The notes beneath the pieces are model-generated. The model worked only from the letters and a program-made list of their open reading frames with translations, did not search any database and was not told the DNA's origin. Both the position numbers and the translations under genes were made by a program. A stretch of DNA of 64,000 nt from Vicinamibacterales bacterium (lineage in GTDB: Bacteria > Acidobacteriota > Vicinamibacteria > Vicinamibacterales > UBA8438): the NCBI GenBank assembly GCA_965116765.1, contig OZ220718.1:4096848-4160847 (forward strand). Direction: 5' to 3'. Shown here in pieces: positions 34,519 through 48,179 of the stretch (positions are counted from its first letter, which is position 1; each line of letters starts with the position of its first letter).

Positions 34519-35943
34519 CTATCCGGCGGCCTCGGCGGGCTCCACCCCCCCGGCGGCGAGCCCGGCCCGATCCGCCAGGGCCGCGTCGAGCGCCGTCCGC
34601 GCCTCGATCTCCGTCTGGCTGTCGAAACGGACCGCGAAGGCGAGGAACGCGGTGACCGTCACCAGCGCGCCGATGACGAGGAACGCCGTCGGCCACGGGA
34701 TGGCGCCCCGGAACAGGAACCCGGCGGCGACCGCACCGGCGTTGCCGCCCGCGCCGACGATGCCGGCCACGGAGCCCAGCGCCTTCTTGTTGATGAACGG
34801 CACCACCGAATAGGTCGCGCCCTCGGACATCTGCACGAACAGGCTGAAGACGATGAGCGCGGGAATGGCCAGCGCCAGCGCCGGCATCTGCGAGAAGAGC
34901 ATCAGGGCCAGCCCTTCGAAGAAGAGCGCGATGAAGAGCCAGCGCACGCGCCCGGAGAGTCCCCAGCGGCGTCCGAACACGTCGCCGAGCGCGCCGCCGA
35001 GGGTGCGCGCGAAGACGTTCATCAGGCCGAAGAGCATCGCCGCCGCGCCCGCCCACTGGACCGCCTGCACCGCGGTCATCGACGCGAAGAAATCGAAGTA
35101 GTCGATGAAGTAGAGGGCGAGAACGTTGTTGACGGTCAGCTCGATCCCGAAGCACGCGCCGTAGATGACGAAGAGCGCCCAGACCCGCGGGTCCTGCGCC
35201 GCCCTGGCGAACGAGCCCTTCACGCTCTGCTTGGGCGGCAGCTTGCCGGCCGCGCGCAGCTCCCGGTAGTTCCCCTCCGGCGCATCCTGCGTCAGGAAGT
35301 AGTAGGCCACGCCGACGAGGGCGCACATCGCCCCGGCGATCACCATCGCCGCCCGCCAGCCCGCCGCGTCGCTCAGCCCGAGGCCGGGGAGGAACTGGAT
35401 GTTCGTGAACGGGATGTACGCTCCCACGGTCAGTATGCCGAGCACGATGGGCATGACGAGCTGCGTCACGCCGCCGCCCAGGTTGCCCCACCCCGCGGTG
35501 GTGGCGTTGGCGGTGCCGACCACGTTCGGCGCGAACATCACCGACGTGTGGTACTGCGTGATCACGAACGACGCCCCGATGATGCCGATCAGCAACCGGA
35601 AGACGAGGAACGTCTGGAAGTCCTGGGCCAGGCCGATGCCCATCACCGGCAGCGACCCGACGATGAGCAGCCAGGTATAGGCCCGCCGCGGCCCGATGCG
35701 GTCGCAGAGCCACCCGATGAGCAGCCGGGCGACGACGGTGATGGCAACCGATCCGATGACGAGCCAGCCGATCTGCGACTGGGTCAGCGCCATCTCGTCG
35801 CGGACGATCTTCATCAACGGCGCGATGCCGAACCAGGCGAAGAAACAAAGGAAGAACGCGAACCACGACATGTGGAACGCGCGCATCTGCGGGGTGCCGA
35901 TGCTGAAGAGCCGAATCCGCGTAGCCTTGCTGGTGACTTCCAT
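34519..35943 (-). CDS. narK: Nitrate/nitrite transporter (MFS, NNP family)
   Basis: FHMSWFAFFLCFFAWFGIAPLM and GWGNLGGGVTQ signatures. 12-TM pattern. Confidence 0.9.
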   Translation of the reverse strand: MEVTSKATRIRLFSIGTPQMRAFHMSWFAFFLCFFAWFGIAPLMKIVRDEMALTQSQIGWLVIGSVAITVVARLLIGWLCDRIGPRRAYTWLLIVGSLPVMGIGLAQDFQTFLVFRLLIGIIGASFVITQYHTSVMFAPNVVGTANATTAGWGNLGGGVTQLVMPIVLGILTVGAYIPFTNIQFLPGLGLSDAAGWRAAMVIAGAMCALVGVAYYFLTQDAPEGNYRELRAAGKLPPKQSVKGSFARAAQDPRVWALFVIYGACFGIELTVNNVLALYFIDYFDFFASMTAVQAVQWAGAAAMLFGLMNVFARTLGGALGDVFGRRWGLSGRVRWLFIALFFEGLALMLFSQMPALALAIPALIVFSLFVQMSEGATYSVVPFINKKALGSVAGIVGAGGNAGAVAAGFLFRGAIPWPTAFLVIGALVTVTAFLAFAVRFDSQTEIEARTALDAALADRAGLAAGGVEPAEAAG

Positions 35944-36666
35944 ATCAGGCGCCTTCGACGCGCGAGCGAGTGGAATGGGTATGGCGACTGCCGGAACGCC
36001 GAACGGCCGGTAACCTCGTGCGATTCATGTCGACGTCTCCCGGCCTTCGAACGACCGCCGTGGCGACAGCGCCTGGCGACTTGGCCACAGGGAGTTGCAA
36101 AGCGTGGGCCAAGAGCCCCCCCGACCCGAGCCGTTTCCATTAACCGTTTGGAATCAATGACTTGTCTCGTATCGGCGAAGAGGAACGCGCCGGTGTGCTT
36201 CGTCACCGGACACCGACAGGAATGTAGTACCCTGCTTTACCGCTTGACGCCGTTGTGGAGTATGCACGCGTCGCGACGGCGCATGAGCAAGGCCTGGAGG
36301 ATGCCCTGGTCGCGACTGTTCGCACAAGAGTGTTGCTCGCAGCCATTCATCTACAGATTTGTCGGCAGGAAGCAGGTGAGACATCCCCGAGGCCGGCGCA
36401 CCGGGTCGGCGCACGCAGGTGTCGTTCGACAGAACTGTGGGCCGTGAAGCAGGAAATCGACAAGAAGAGGCGCCGACCCGAAGACGCCGGAAGCCTGCCG
36501 CGGCCGAGGCTTGGAGATGGCCTGTGCCCTTGTTCATGGGCACGGGCCGATGGCGGCCGCCCGGCCGCCGGGGTCCTTTCCGGAGATGGCACGCGTCTTG
36601 ATTCACGCTCTGGACATGACTACCTGCGACTCTTCTTGCGCACTGCCCACGCGCCGCCGTCCGGGC

Positions 36667-38063
36667 ATGGTGATGGCGCTCGCCTTCGGTCTCATCGTTG
36701 CGCCGGCCGCGGCCGGCGTCGACGACGACGACTTCCGGTCCGCAACCGGGGCGGCCTCCGACGCGCCGTCATCCGGCTCCTCGGAGCAGGCCGCGGCCAC
36801 GGCCCAGGCGGCAGTGGAGGAACCGTCCGACTGGCGCGAGATCCTGCCGGGCCTCACCATGGGCTCGCAGCTTCGCCTGCGGACCGAGAGCCGCCGCAAC
36901 GCCAAGTTCGACGGCGCGCGGCCCGGCAACGACGAGGACTACCTGCTCTCCCGGTTCCGGTTCGACCTGACCTGGCAACCGAGCGACCGGGTCGCCGGTG
37001 TCGTCGAGCTGCAGGACGCGCGGATCCACGGCGAGCGGGCGATCAGCGAGACGCGCACGCCCAACATCTTCGCCGACCAGCTCGACGTCCACCAGGCGTA
37101 CCTGGACGTCGGATCACCCGCGTCCGGCTCGCTGCCGGTGACGCTGCGCATCGGCCGCCAGAAGCTGGTCTACGGCTCACAGCGGATGGTGTCCCCGCTC
37201 GAATGGGTCAACACCGCGCGGGTGTTCGACGGCGCGCGGATCACCGCCGACGCCGGGCCCGGCCGCAGGCTCGACGCCTTCGCGACCCGCCTCGTGCCGG
37301 TCACGCCGACCGGTCTGAACGACCACGCGCCGACCGCAAGCCGGATGCTCGACAGCCAGCTCCACGGCGTCTACTACACCGACACCGCCCTGGTCGCCGG
37401 CGCTACGGTGGAGGGCTACTGGCTGCTGCGCCGCGCGGCGCGCCTCGACGACGCCGTCCACACCGTCGGCACGCGGGTCGACACGCGCCACGGCTCCTGG
37501 GCGTTCGACGCCGAGCTGGCCGCCCAGACCGGCCGCTACGGCGGTCTCGACCAGCGGGCCGCGCTGGTGCACGTCGGCGGCTCCTACACGACCGCCCTGC
37601 CGGGCCGCCTGAAGCTCGGTACGGCGTTCAATCTCGGCAGCGGCGACGACGACCCGTCCGACAGCGTCCACCGCACGTTCGATCAGCTCTACCCGCTGGG
37701 CCACGCCTACTACGGCTACATGGACCTCTTCGCGCTCCAGAACCTGCGCAACACCGAGGTCACGGCGGAAGCGGCGCTGCCGGGCCGCGCGCGGCTGCGC
37801 GTCGCCTGCAGGACTTCGCCCTGGTCGCACCCGGCGCCGACGCCTGGTACAACGTCGGCGGCGCCGTGGTCCACCAGTCCGCCGATGCGGCCATCTCGTC
37901 ACACGTCGGCAACGAGCTCGACATCACGGTCCGGCTCCCGGTCGGGCCGGTCGGCCTGGAGATGGGCTACGGCCGCTTCTTCGGCGGCGCCTACCTGCGG
38001 GACGCGGACTTCACGCTGGACACCGCGGACTTCTTCTACCTGCAGACGATGGTCGGATTCTGA
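36667..38063 (+). CDS. Alginate-export-family outer-membrane porin; one frameshift near 37805
   Basis: Signal MVMALAFGLIVAPAAA. LRLRTESRRNAKFDG...LRIGRQKLVYGSQRMVSPLEWVNTARVFDG is AlgE/alginate_exp-like. After ...GRARLRVA the frame shifts to LQDFALVAPGADAWYNVGG...FFYLQTMVGF*. Confidence 0.75.
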
Positions 38064-38390
38064 AGTCCCGCGATCCCATGGGAGGCGGAAATGTACCCAT
38101 AGAGGCAGCTGCGGTCGACCGTCCGCAGACCCCGGTCCGGCCTTCGCCGTCGGCGACCATCGCGGCCGCGACTGCTCACCGTGGATCCTGGAATGGGGCG
38201 GACCGAGTTGGCCCGTACTGGACCCTGCAAAGGGTCGCCGTGTTCCGGTAACCCTTTTCTACAGGGCTATTTACCCTGGACGATGCTGCACGCGTTCGGG
38301 CTAGAATGGACGTATTGGAGTGGCCGTTGGTGGTGAAGCCCCGCGTCGCACACGGACTCACCGGCTAGCCGGCCGCGACAGGACGGACGC

Positions 38391-40331
38391 GTGCATCCCG
38401 TCGACGCCCTCATCGTGCTGGCCTTCGTCGCCTACGCGGTCAGCGCGGGCGTCCGCCACCGCCGGCAGGCGTCGAAGAACCTCGACGAGTACTTCCTCGC
38501 GGGCCGGACCCTGCCGGGGTGGAAGGCCGGCCTCAGCATGGCGGCGACGCAGTTCGCGGCCGACACCCCGCTGCTCGTCACCGGCATCATCGCCACCGCG
38601 GGCATCTTCGGGCTGTGGCAGCTCTGGATCTTCGGCGTCACCTTCCTTCTCCTCGGGTTCGTGCTGGCCGGGGCGTGGCGCCGGGCCGGGGTGGTGACCG
38701 ACGCCGAGCTGACCGAGGTGCGCTACGGCGGCGCGCCGGCGGCGGCGCTGCGCGGCGTCAAGGCGCTCTACTTCGGCACCGTCATCAACTGCGTCACCCT
38801 GGCCTGGGTGCTCTTCGCGGCCGCGAAGATCGCCGAGCCCTTCCTGCTGTGGCACGCGTGGCTGCCCGCCGGGCTGTTCGAGCCGGTCGTGGCCCTCGTC
38901 GAGGCGATCGGCACGCCCCTCGCCATCGGGGGCGCCGGCGACCCCGAGGTGTGGGTCAAGACCGCCAACAACCTGCTGTCGCTGGTCCTGATCCTCGCCG
39001 TCGTGGCGTTCTACTCGGCCACCGGGGGGCTGCGCGGGGTGGTCGCCACCGACATGGGGCAGATCGCGGTCATGGGCGCGGGCACGGTGGCGTTCGCGGC
39101 GTTCGTGGTGGCCGAGGCGGGCGGCCTCGGCGCGCTGCCCGGGCGGGTGCAGGAGACGTTCGCGGCGGGCGGGCCGGGCGGCATCCGGCCCGACGAGATC
39201 CTCGCGTTCACGCCGGGGCACGGCAAGGACGTCACCTTCACGGTCCTGTCGCTGCTGGGGCTGCTGTGGCTCATCAACGCGGTGTCGGACGGCAGCGGCT
39301 ACCTCGCCCAGCGGTCGATGGCGTGCCGCACGGACCGCGACGCGAAGACCGCGGCGGTGGTGTTCACGTTCGCGCAGGTGCTGGTGCGCAGCCTGCTGTG
39401 GCTGCCGCTGGGGGTGGGGCTGCTGGTGCTGTTTCCCCCCGACCCGGGGCTGGCCCCGGGCTTCGTGCAGGCCGACCGCGAGGCCACCTACGTCCGCGGC
39501 ATGGCCGAGCTGCTGCCGGCCGGGGTGCGCGGCCTCATGCTGACGGGCATGCTCGCGGCCCTCGCCTCGACCGTCGACACCCACCTCAACTGGGGCGCCT
39601 CGTACTGGACCAACGACATCTACAAGCGGTTCATCTGCCGGGCGTGGCTGGGGACCGAGCCGAGCGGCCGCGCCCTGGTGTGGGTGGCCCGCGCCGCCGC
39701 GGTGCTGACCCTGGTGATCGCCCTCGGCATCATGACCCGGCTCACGTCCATCAACCAGGCGTGGCAGATCAACCTGCTGTTCGGGGCGGGCCTCGGGGTG
39801 GTGCTGGTGCTGCGCTGGATCTGGTGGCGGATGAACGCGTGGGCCGAGATTGCCGCGATGGTGGTATCGTGCGCGGTAGCCCCGCTGCTCATCTTCTTTC
39901 TGGACGACGGTCAGCAGCCGTTGCGGCTGCTGCTGGCGGCGGCGGCCTCGACGGCGGCGGCGCTGGCCGCGATTCGCTTCACGGCGCCCGAGGACCCGGC
40001 GCGGCTGGCCGCGTTCTACCGGCGCGTGCGGCCGGTCGGCTTCTGGGGGCCGGTGGCCCGCGCGGTCGACGGCGCCGGGGCCGGCGCGGAGGACGGGGCG
40101 CGGCGGCTCGGGCGCGCCGTGGCGGCCATGGCGCTGTGCTCGGCGACCCTGTTCTGCCTGCTCGTCGGGCTCGGGACGTGGCTGGTGGGCAGCCCGGCCC
40201 CGGACTGGATTCCCGCGCGCCCGCTCTGGATCGGCGGGCTGCTCGTCGTCGGGTTGGCGCTGTGCCCGGTGTGGTACCGGTTCGGGTACAAACCGTCCTC
40301 TGACGCGGTGCAGGCCGGGCCGGCAACCTGA
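38391..40331 (+). CDS. Sodium:solute symporter family transporter
   Basis: 646 aa, polytopic. YFLAGRTLPGWKAGLSMAATQFAADTPL is a typical SSS N-terminus. Confidence 0.85.
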   Translation: MHPVDALIVLAFVAYAVSAGVRHRRQASKNLDEYFLAGRTLPGWKAGLSMAATQFAADTPLLVTGIIATAGIFGLWQLWIFGVTFLLLGFVLAGAWRRAGVVTDAELTEVRYGGAPAAALRGVKALYFGTVINCVTLAWVLFAAAKIAEPFLLWHAWLPAGLFEPVVALVEAIGTPLAIGGAGDPEVWVKTANNLLSLVLILAVVAFYSATGGLRGVVATDMGQIAVMGAGTVAFAAFVVAEAGGLGALPGRVQETFAAGGPGGIRPDEILAFTPGHGKDVTFTVLSLLGLLWLINAVSDGSGYLAQRSMACRTDRDAKTAAVVFTFAQVLVRSLLWLPLGVGLLVLFPPDPGLAPGFVQADREATYVRGMAELLPAGVRGLMLTGMLAALASTVDTHLNWGASYWTNDIYKRFICRAWLGTEPSGRALVWVARAAAVLTLVIALGIMTRLTSINQAWQINLLFGAGLGVVLVLRWIWWRMNAWAEIAAMVVSCAVAPLLIFFLDDGQQPLRLLLAAAASTAAALAAIRFTAPEDPARLAAFYRRVRPVGFWGPVARAVDGAGAGAEDGARRLGRAVAAMALCSATLFCLLVGLGTWLVGSPAPDWIPARPLWIGGLLVVGLALCPVWYRFGYKPSSDAVQAGPAT

Positions 40332-40375
40332 CGCCCGCGCGTCGGCGGCGGGCGGCGACGGCAGGAGACGACGAT

Positions 40376-41596
40376 ATGGCTCGACGGTGGGTGCTGGCCG
40401 GTCTGTGCGCGGCGATCGCGTCGCCGGGCGCCGCACAGCCGCTGACCGAGGCCGGGGCGGTGGCGCGGATGCGGGCGGAGTACACGCACGTGACCGCGCT
40501 GCGGCTCGGGGTGCGCGAGCTCGAGGCGGACGCCCGCGAACGGACCCTGGTCGCCAACCCGGCCGTCGCGTACACGCGCGAGGAGGCCGGCGCCGTCGTC
40601 GACGACTTTCTGCTCGTGAGCCAGGAGCTGCCCCTGTGGGGGCGGCGGGGGTTGCTGGGCGAGGCGGCCGGGCGCGGGGTCGCGGCCCGTTCGGCCGACG
40701 CCGACGCCCGCCTGCTGGCCATCGAGGCCGAGTTGCGCCTGGTGTTCACCGATCTCCTGCTCGCTCAGGAACGGGTGCAGTCGCTCGAGGCCGGCGTAGT
40801 GCGGCTCGACGCGCTGATTGCGGTGCTGCGGACGCGCGAGGAGGAGGGCGAGGGCTCGCGGTTCGACCGGCTGCGGGCCGAGCGCGAGGTGGCGGAGGTC
40901 GACGCCGACCTCGCGCTGGCCGGCATCGACCGGCGGCGGGCGCAGGCGCGGCTCGCCGCCTTCTTCGCCGCGGGGACCGACCCCGACGGGCTTGCCGCGG
41001 CGGGCCGTCTCGACGACCTTCCGGCCCCGCCGGTCCTCGCCCCCGCGGCTGGCGGGACGCCCGAACGCCGCCCGGACTATCGGGCGCTCGGCCTGGAGGG
41101 GGAGCGGTGGGGGGCCGAGGAGCGCGCGGCGCGGCGCCTGCGGCTGCCTTCCGCCCAGCTCACCGGGGGCATGAAGCGCAGCGGCGTGCTCGGGGCGATG
41201 GAGAGCGGGTTCGTGTTCGGCGCCTCGCTGTCGGTGCCGGTCTTCAATCGCGGCCAGGCGCAGGCGGCGCGGGCGGCGGCGGCCGGCGCGCGTGTCGAGG
41301 CCGAGCGCCGCAGCCTCGCCGCCCGTATCGCGGCCGAGGTCCACGCCGCCTCGGCCGCGGCGGCCGGCGCCCGCGAGCTGGCCGACCGCTATCGCGAGGA
41401 CTCGGTGGCGCGCGCGGCCGAGCTCGTGGCCATCGCGACCGCGGGCTACGAGGAGGGCGAGTTCGGCATCCTGGAGCTGCTCGACGCCCATCGGGTCGCC
41501 CTGAGCGCCGAGCTGCGGTCGCTCGAGCTGTCGGCGGCGGCGCGTCGGGCCGCCGTCGAGCTCGACCGCGCTTCGGGGCGGGAGTTGACGCCGTGA
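40376..41596 (+). CDS. TolC-family outer-membrane efflux protein (CusC/CzcC-like)
   Basis: Signal peptide, two coiled-coil repeat halves, and operon position ahead of the adaptor and RND pump genes. Confidence 0.8.
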   Translation: MARRWVLAGLCAAIASPGAAQPLTEAGAVARMRAEYTHVTALRLGVRELEADARERTLVANPAVAYTREEAGAVVDDFLLVSQELPLWGRRGLLGEAAGRGVAARSADADARLLAIEAELRLVFTDLLLAQERVQSLEAGVVRLDALIAVLRTREEEGEGSRFDRLRAEREVAEVDADLALAGIDRRRAQARLAAFFAAGTDPDGLAAAGRLDDLPAPPVLAPAAGGTPERRPDYRALGLEGERWGAEERAARRLRLPSAQLTGGMKRSGVLGAMESGFVFGASLSVPVFNRGQAQAARAAAAGARVEAERRSLAARIAAEVHAASAAAAGARELADRYREDSVARAAELVAIATAGYEEGEFGILELLDAHRVALSAELRSLELSAAARRAAVELDRASGRELTP

Positions 41597-41925
41597 GCCG
41601 CGGGCGGCCGGCGCCGGGCCCCCGTCGAGCTGGACAGTGTGTCGGGGCGGGAGTTGACGCCGTGAGCCGCGGGCGGCGGGTGCCGGGCCCCCGTCGAGCT
41701 GGACGGTGTGTCGGGGCGGGAGTTGACGCCGTGAGCCGCGGAGCGGCGCGGGCGCCGGGCCCCGTCGAGCTGGATGGCGGGGCGGGAGATGTCGCCGTGC
41801 TGTCGGCGACGGCGCCCGGGCCGCGATCGACCGTGTGTCGGGGCGGGAAGCGACGCCATGAGCTGTCGCGCGCGTCGGGCCGCGATTGAGTTCGGCCGTG
41901 TGTCGGAGCGGGAGAAGACGCCATG
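41555..41925. repeat. About 6 decaying tandem copies (65-71 bp) of the tolC-stop / next-gene-start junction
   Basis: The core GGGGCGGGAG(T/A)(T/A)G(A/T)CGCC(G/A)TGAG recurs near 41576, 41645, 41714, 41780, 41842 and 41908. Only the last copy supplies the real ATG at 41923. Confidence 0.9.
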
Positions 41926-43482
41926 AGGAACAGCAGGCACGCAACAGGCTGGCTGGCGACGGCGGTGTTGCTGTCGGCGGACGCAGCGGTGCTCTCGGCG
42001 TGCGGCTCCGCGCCGCCGGCGGAGGTGGAGGCGGCAGAGGGGCCGGCCCCGGTCGTGGTGAGCCAGTGGACCGACCGCAGCGAGCTGTTCGTCGAGTTTC
42101 CGCCCCTCGTCGCGGGGGCCACGAGCCGGTTCGCCATCCACTTCACCGACCTCGCCACCTTCGCGCCGCTGCGCGAGGGACGCGCGACGGTGCGCCTGAC
42201 CGGCGCGCGGGTCGAGGAGTTCGAGGTCGACGAGCCGGGAAGCCCCGGCATCTTCGGGGTCGACGTCACCCCCGCCGCCGCCGGCCGCGCCCGGCTCGAG
42301 CTGCTGCTCGACGCGGCGGCGGTGCAGGACCGGCACGACCTCGGCGAGGTCCGGGTGCTGACGGCGGCGGAGGCGGCGGCGCTGCCGCCCGCGGCCGAGG
42401 AGGAGGACGGCACCGTCCCCTTCCTCAAGGAGCAGCAGTGGTCGCTCGACTTCGCGACGGCCGCGGCCCGCCGCCGGTCGATGGCCGACAGCATCGACAT
42501 CCCGGCCCAGATCCAGCCGCGCACCGGCGGGGAGGCCGAGGTGACGAGCCCGGTGGCGGGCCGCCTCGCCGCCGACCTGCCGCCCCGGCCGGTGGGGTCC
42601 GTCGTGGGCCGCGGCGACGCCCTGGCCCAGGTCGTTCCCCGCAGCGAGCACGCCGACGACCGCCCCGCCCTCGAGCTCGCGGTGGCCGAGGCCCGCGACG
42701 CCCTCGAGCTGGCGCGGGCCGAGCACGCGCGGGTCGAGCGGCTGGTCGAGGTCGGCGCGCTGCCTGCCCGCCGCCGGCTCGAGGCGCGGCTCGCGTCGCA
42801 GACGGCCGAGGCCCGGATGACGGCGGCCGAGGCCCACCTCGCCCAGCTCGACTCGACGCGCCGGGGCGAAGGAGAGGGCACGGCGGACACGCGGTTCGTG
42901 CTGCGCGCGCCGATGGGCGGCGTCGTCGCGGAGTCGGGGGCGACCCCCGGGGCCAGCGTCGACGAGGGCGCGCGGCTGTTCAAGCTGATCGCGGTCGACC
43001 GCGTCCACGTCGTCGGGGCGCTGCCCGAGGCGGCCCTGCCGCGCCTCGACGACCTCGCCGCGGCCGAGCTCGAGGTGCCGGGGGGCGGGGACCCGCTGCC
43101 CCTCGACCGGCTCGTGTCGGTGGGGCGCGTGGTCGACGCCGACACCCGCACCGTCCCCATCATCTACGCGCTCGCGAACCCGGACCGCAGGCTCGCCATC
43201 GGCCAGGCCGTCACCCTCCGCGTGTTCGGCGCCTCGAGGACCGCCGCCGTCACCGTGCCCGCGAGCGCCATCGTCGACGACGCCGGCCAACCGGTGGTCT
43301 TCGTCCAGGTCGGCGGCGAGAGCTTCGAGCGGCGCCCGGTCAGGCTCGGCCACCGCGAGGGCGCGGACGTCCAGGTGATCGGCGACGTGGCGGCGGGCGA
43401 CCGGGTGGTCACGATGGGGGCGCCGCTCATCCGCCTGGCGGCGCTGTCGCCGCAGGTGCCGGCCCACGGGCACACGCACTGA
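41923..43482 (+). CDS. Efflux RND periplasmic adaptor (CusB/HlyD-like) lipoprotein with a His-rich tail
   Basis: Lipobox LSAC. Barrel-sandwich, coiled-coil and beta-barrel order. C-terminus ...PAHGHTH*. Confidence 0.85.
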   Translation: MRNSRHATGWLATAVLLSADAAVLSACGSAPPAEVEAAEGPAPVVVSQWTDRSELFVEFPPLVAGATSRFAIHFTDLATFAPLREGRATVRLTGARVEEFEVDEPGSPGIFGVDVTPAAAGRARLELLLDAAAVQDRHDLGEVRVLTAAEAAALPPAAEEEDGTVPFLKEQQWSLDFATAAARRRSMADSIDIPAQIQPRTGGEAEVTSPVAGRLAADLPPRPVGSVVGRGDALAQVVPRSEHADDRPALELAVAEARDALELARAEHARVERLVEVGALPARRRLEARLASQTAEARMTAAEAHLAQLDSTRRGEGEGTADTRFVLRAPMGGVVAESGATPGASVDEGARLFKLIAVDRVHVVGALPEAALPRLDDLAAAELEVPGGGDPLPLDRLVSVGRVVDADTRTVPIIYALANPDRRLAIGQAVTLRVFGASRTAAVTVPASAIVDDAGQPVVFVQVGGESFERRPVRLGHREGADVQVIGDVAAGDRVVTMGAPLIRLAALSPQVPAHGHTH

Positions 43483-43664
43483 CGGCGGACGGGCCGGTTG
43501 CGGCGCTCTCGCCGCGGTCGCCGGCCCACGGGCACACGCACTGACGGCGGACGGGCCGGTTGCGGCGCTCTCGCCGCGGTCGCCGGCCCACGGGCGCACG
43601 CATTGACGCCGGACGGGCCGGCTGCGGCGCTGCCGCGGGTGCCGGCCCACAGGAAACCGCACCG

Positions 43665-43667
<3 letters not shown>
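43443..43667. repeat. 62-bp tandem repeat, about 3.5 copies, of the adaptor gene's last 13 codons plus stop
   Basis: TGA at 43480, 43542 and 43604. The unit GCCGGCCCACGGGCACACGCACTGACGGCGGACGGGCCGGTTGCGGCGCTCTCGCCGCGGTC recurs, and the partial fourth copy ends at the cusA ATG (43665). Confidence 0.9.
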
Positions 43668-46760
<3,093 letters not shown>

Positions 46761-46846
46761 AGATCAAGGCAGGACATCGACCAGTCCGGCGTCGATGATC
46801 CTGCGATCCGGTCGAGGTCCCTCGGTCGAGAGTCGAGGCGCCACAG

Positions 46847-47785
46847 CTACGCCGGCGACCCGCTCGACAACGACGTTGGTCGCAGCGGGACGACATCCTG
46901 CCGTGCCGCGATGTGCTCGGGGCGGGGCGCGTGCCCGCAGTACGGTTCCGTCAACGAGTTCTCGACGCTGTTGTAGACGAAGAAGACGTTCGTGCGCGGA
47001 AAGGGCGAGATGTTCGAGTTCGATCCGTGCATGGTGTTGCACTCGAAGAAGACGGCCCGGCCGGCCGGCCCGGTGGGCGCGGCGATGCCGCCCGCCTGCG
47101 CCAGGCGGTCCAGACTCGCCGGATCGGGCACGCCGTACTCCTGCTTCCGGAGCGACTGCCGGTAGTGGTCGCGCGGTGTCTCTCCCACGCAGGCCACGTA
47201 GGTCCTGTGCGATCCCGGAATGAGCATGAGCGGGCCGTTGAACGGGTGGTTGTCGGTCAGCGCAAGCGAGACGCTGAGCGCGCGCATGCGCGGCATGCCG
47301 TCCTCGACATGCCAGGTCTCGAAGTCCGAATGCCAGTAGAACTCCTTGCCGACGAATCCCGGCTTCAGGTTCACGCGCGACTGGTGCAGGTAGACCTCGC
47401 TGCCCAGGATCTGACGCGCGACATCGAGCAGCCGCCGGTCGCGCGCCAGGCGCGCGAACAGCGGGCTGAGCGCATGGATGCGGAAGATCGACCGCACCGC
47501 GTCGCTCGACGGCTCCGTAATCGTCTCCTCGGCGTCGCGGAGGGTTCCGCCGGCGACGAGCCGGGACAACTCGGCGGTGAGCGCCGCGACCTCCTCTTCG
47601 TCCAGGATCGGCTCCGACAGATAGCCGTTGGACTCGTAGAACGCAATCCGGTCTCTCGAGAGGCGGTCGGTGACGGGCCCGTCCGGGTAGAGCACGGGCT
47701 CGACGCGGGGGATCAGCCGGGGGCGCGGCGCCACGCGCGACGGATAGCGGTCTTCGCGGATGGCCGTGGACGGGTTGCTATGCAC
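46847..47785 (-). CDS. ectD: Ectoine hydroxylase
   Basis: EctD signature [31 protein letters not shown]. Confidence 0.9.
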   Translation of the reverse strand: MHSNPSTAIREDRYPSRVAPRPRLIPRVEPVLYPDGPVTDRLSRDRIAFYESNGYLSEPILDEEEVAALTAELSRLVAGGTLRDAEETITEPSSDAVRSIFRIHALSPLFARLARDRRLLDVARQILGSEVYLHQSRVNLKPGFVGKEFYWHSDFETWHVEDGMPRMRALSVSLALTDNHPFNGPLMLIPGSHRTYVACVGETPRDHYRQSLRKQEYGVPDPASLDRLAQAGGIAAPTGPAGRAVFFECNTMHGSNSNISPFPRTNVFFVYNSVENSLTEPYCGHAPRPEHIAARQDVVPLRPTSLSSGSPA

Positions 47786-48179
47786 CGGGCGCGATCTCCT
47801 CTGCCGTCGTCGGATAGGCGCCGTCCTCGTCGTGCACTTCCCTGCCCAGCAGCGGCGGGTTGAACACGCACACCATCCGCATGCGGGTCGTCGCGCGCAG
47901 GACGTGCCGGTCGTGCCGGTCGAGCGCGTACAGGGTGCCGGGGCGCAGTTGGTGCACCGTGCCGTCCTCGGTCTCCACCTGGCCCTCTCCCTCCACGCAG
48001 TACACGGCTTCCAGGTGGTGGCGATAGCACATCGGCGTCGCGGTGCCCGCCCGGATGGTCGTCACGTGCAGGGAGAACCCCATGCCGTCGGCCTTGAGCA
48101 GCAGCCGGGTGCTCTCCCAGTTGGCGGCGGTCACCCGCCGCTCCGTCCGCTCCGCCTCCTCGAGGTGTCGGACGATCAT
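47778..48179 (-). CDS. ectC: L-ectoine synthase
   Basis: [42 protein letters not shown]. Cupin fold. ATGA overlap with ectB. Confidence 0.9.
   Translation of the reverse strand: MIVRHLEEAERTERRVTAANWESTRLLLKADGMGFSLHVTTIRAGTATPMCYRHHLEAVYCVEGEGQVETEDGTVHQLRPGTLYALDRHDRHVLRATTRMRMVCVFNPPLLGREVHDEDGAYPTTAEEIAPGA

Noticed and set aside
36214-36227. GTA-N8-TAC as a bona fide NtcA site.
   Set aside because: NtcA is a cyanobacterial regulator, and nothing else in this window suggests a cyanobacterium. It is retained only as a generic CRP/FNR-family candidate in the findings.
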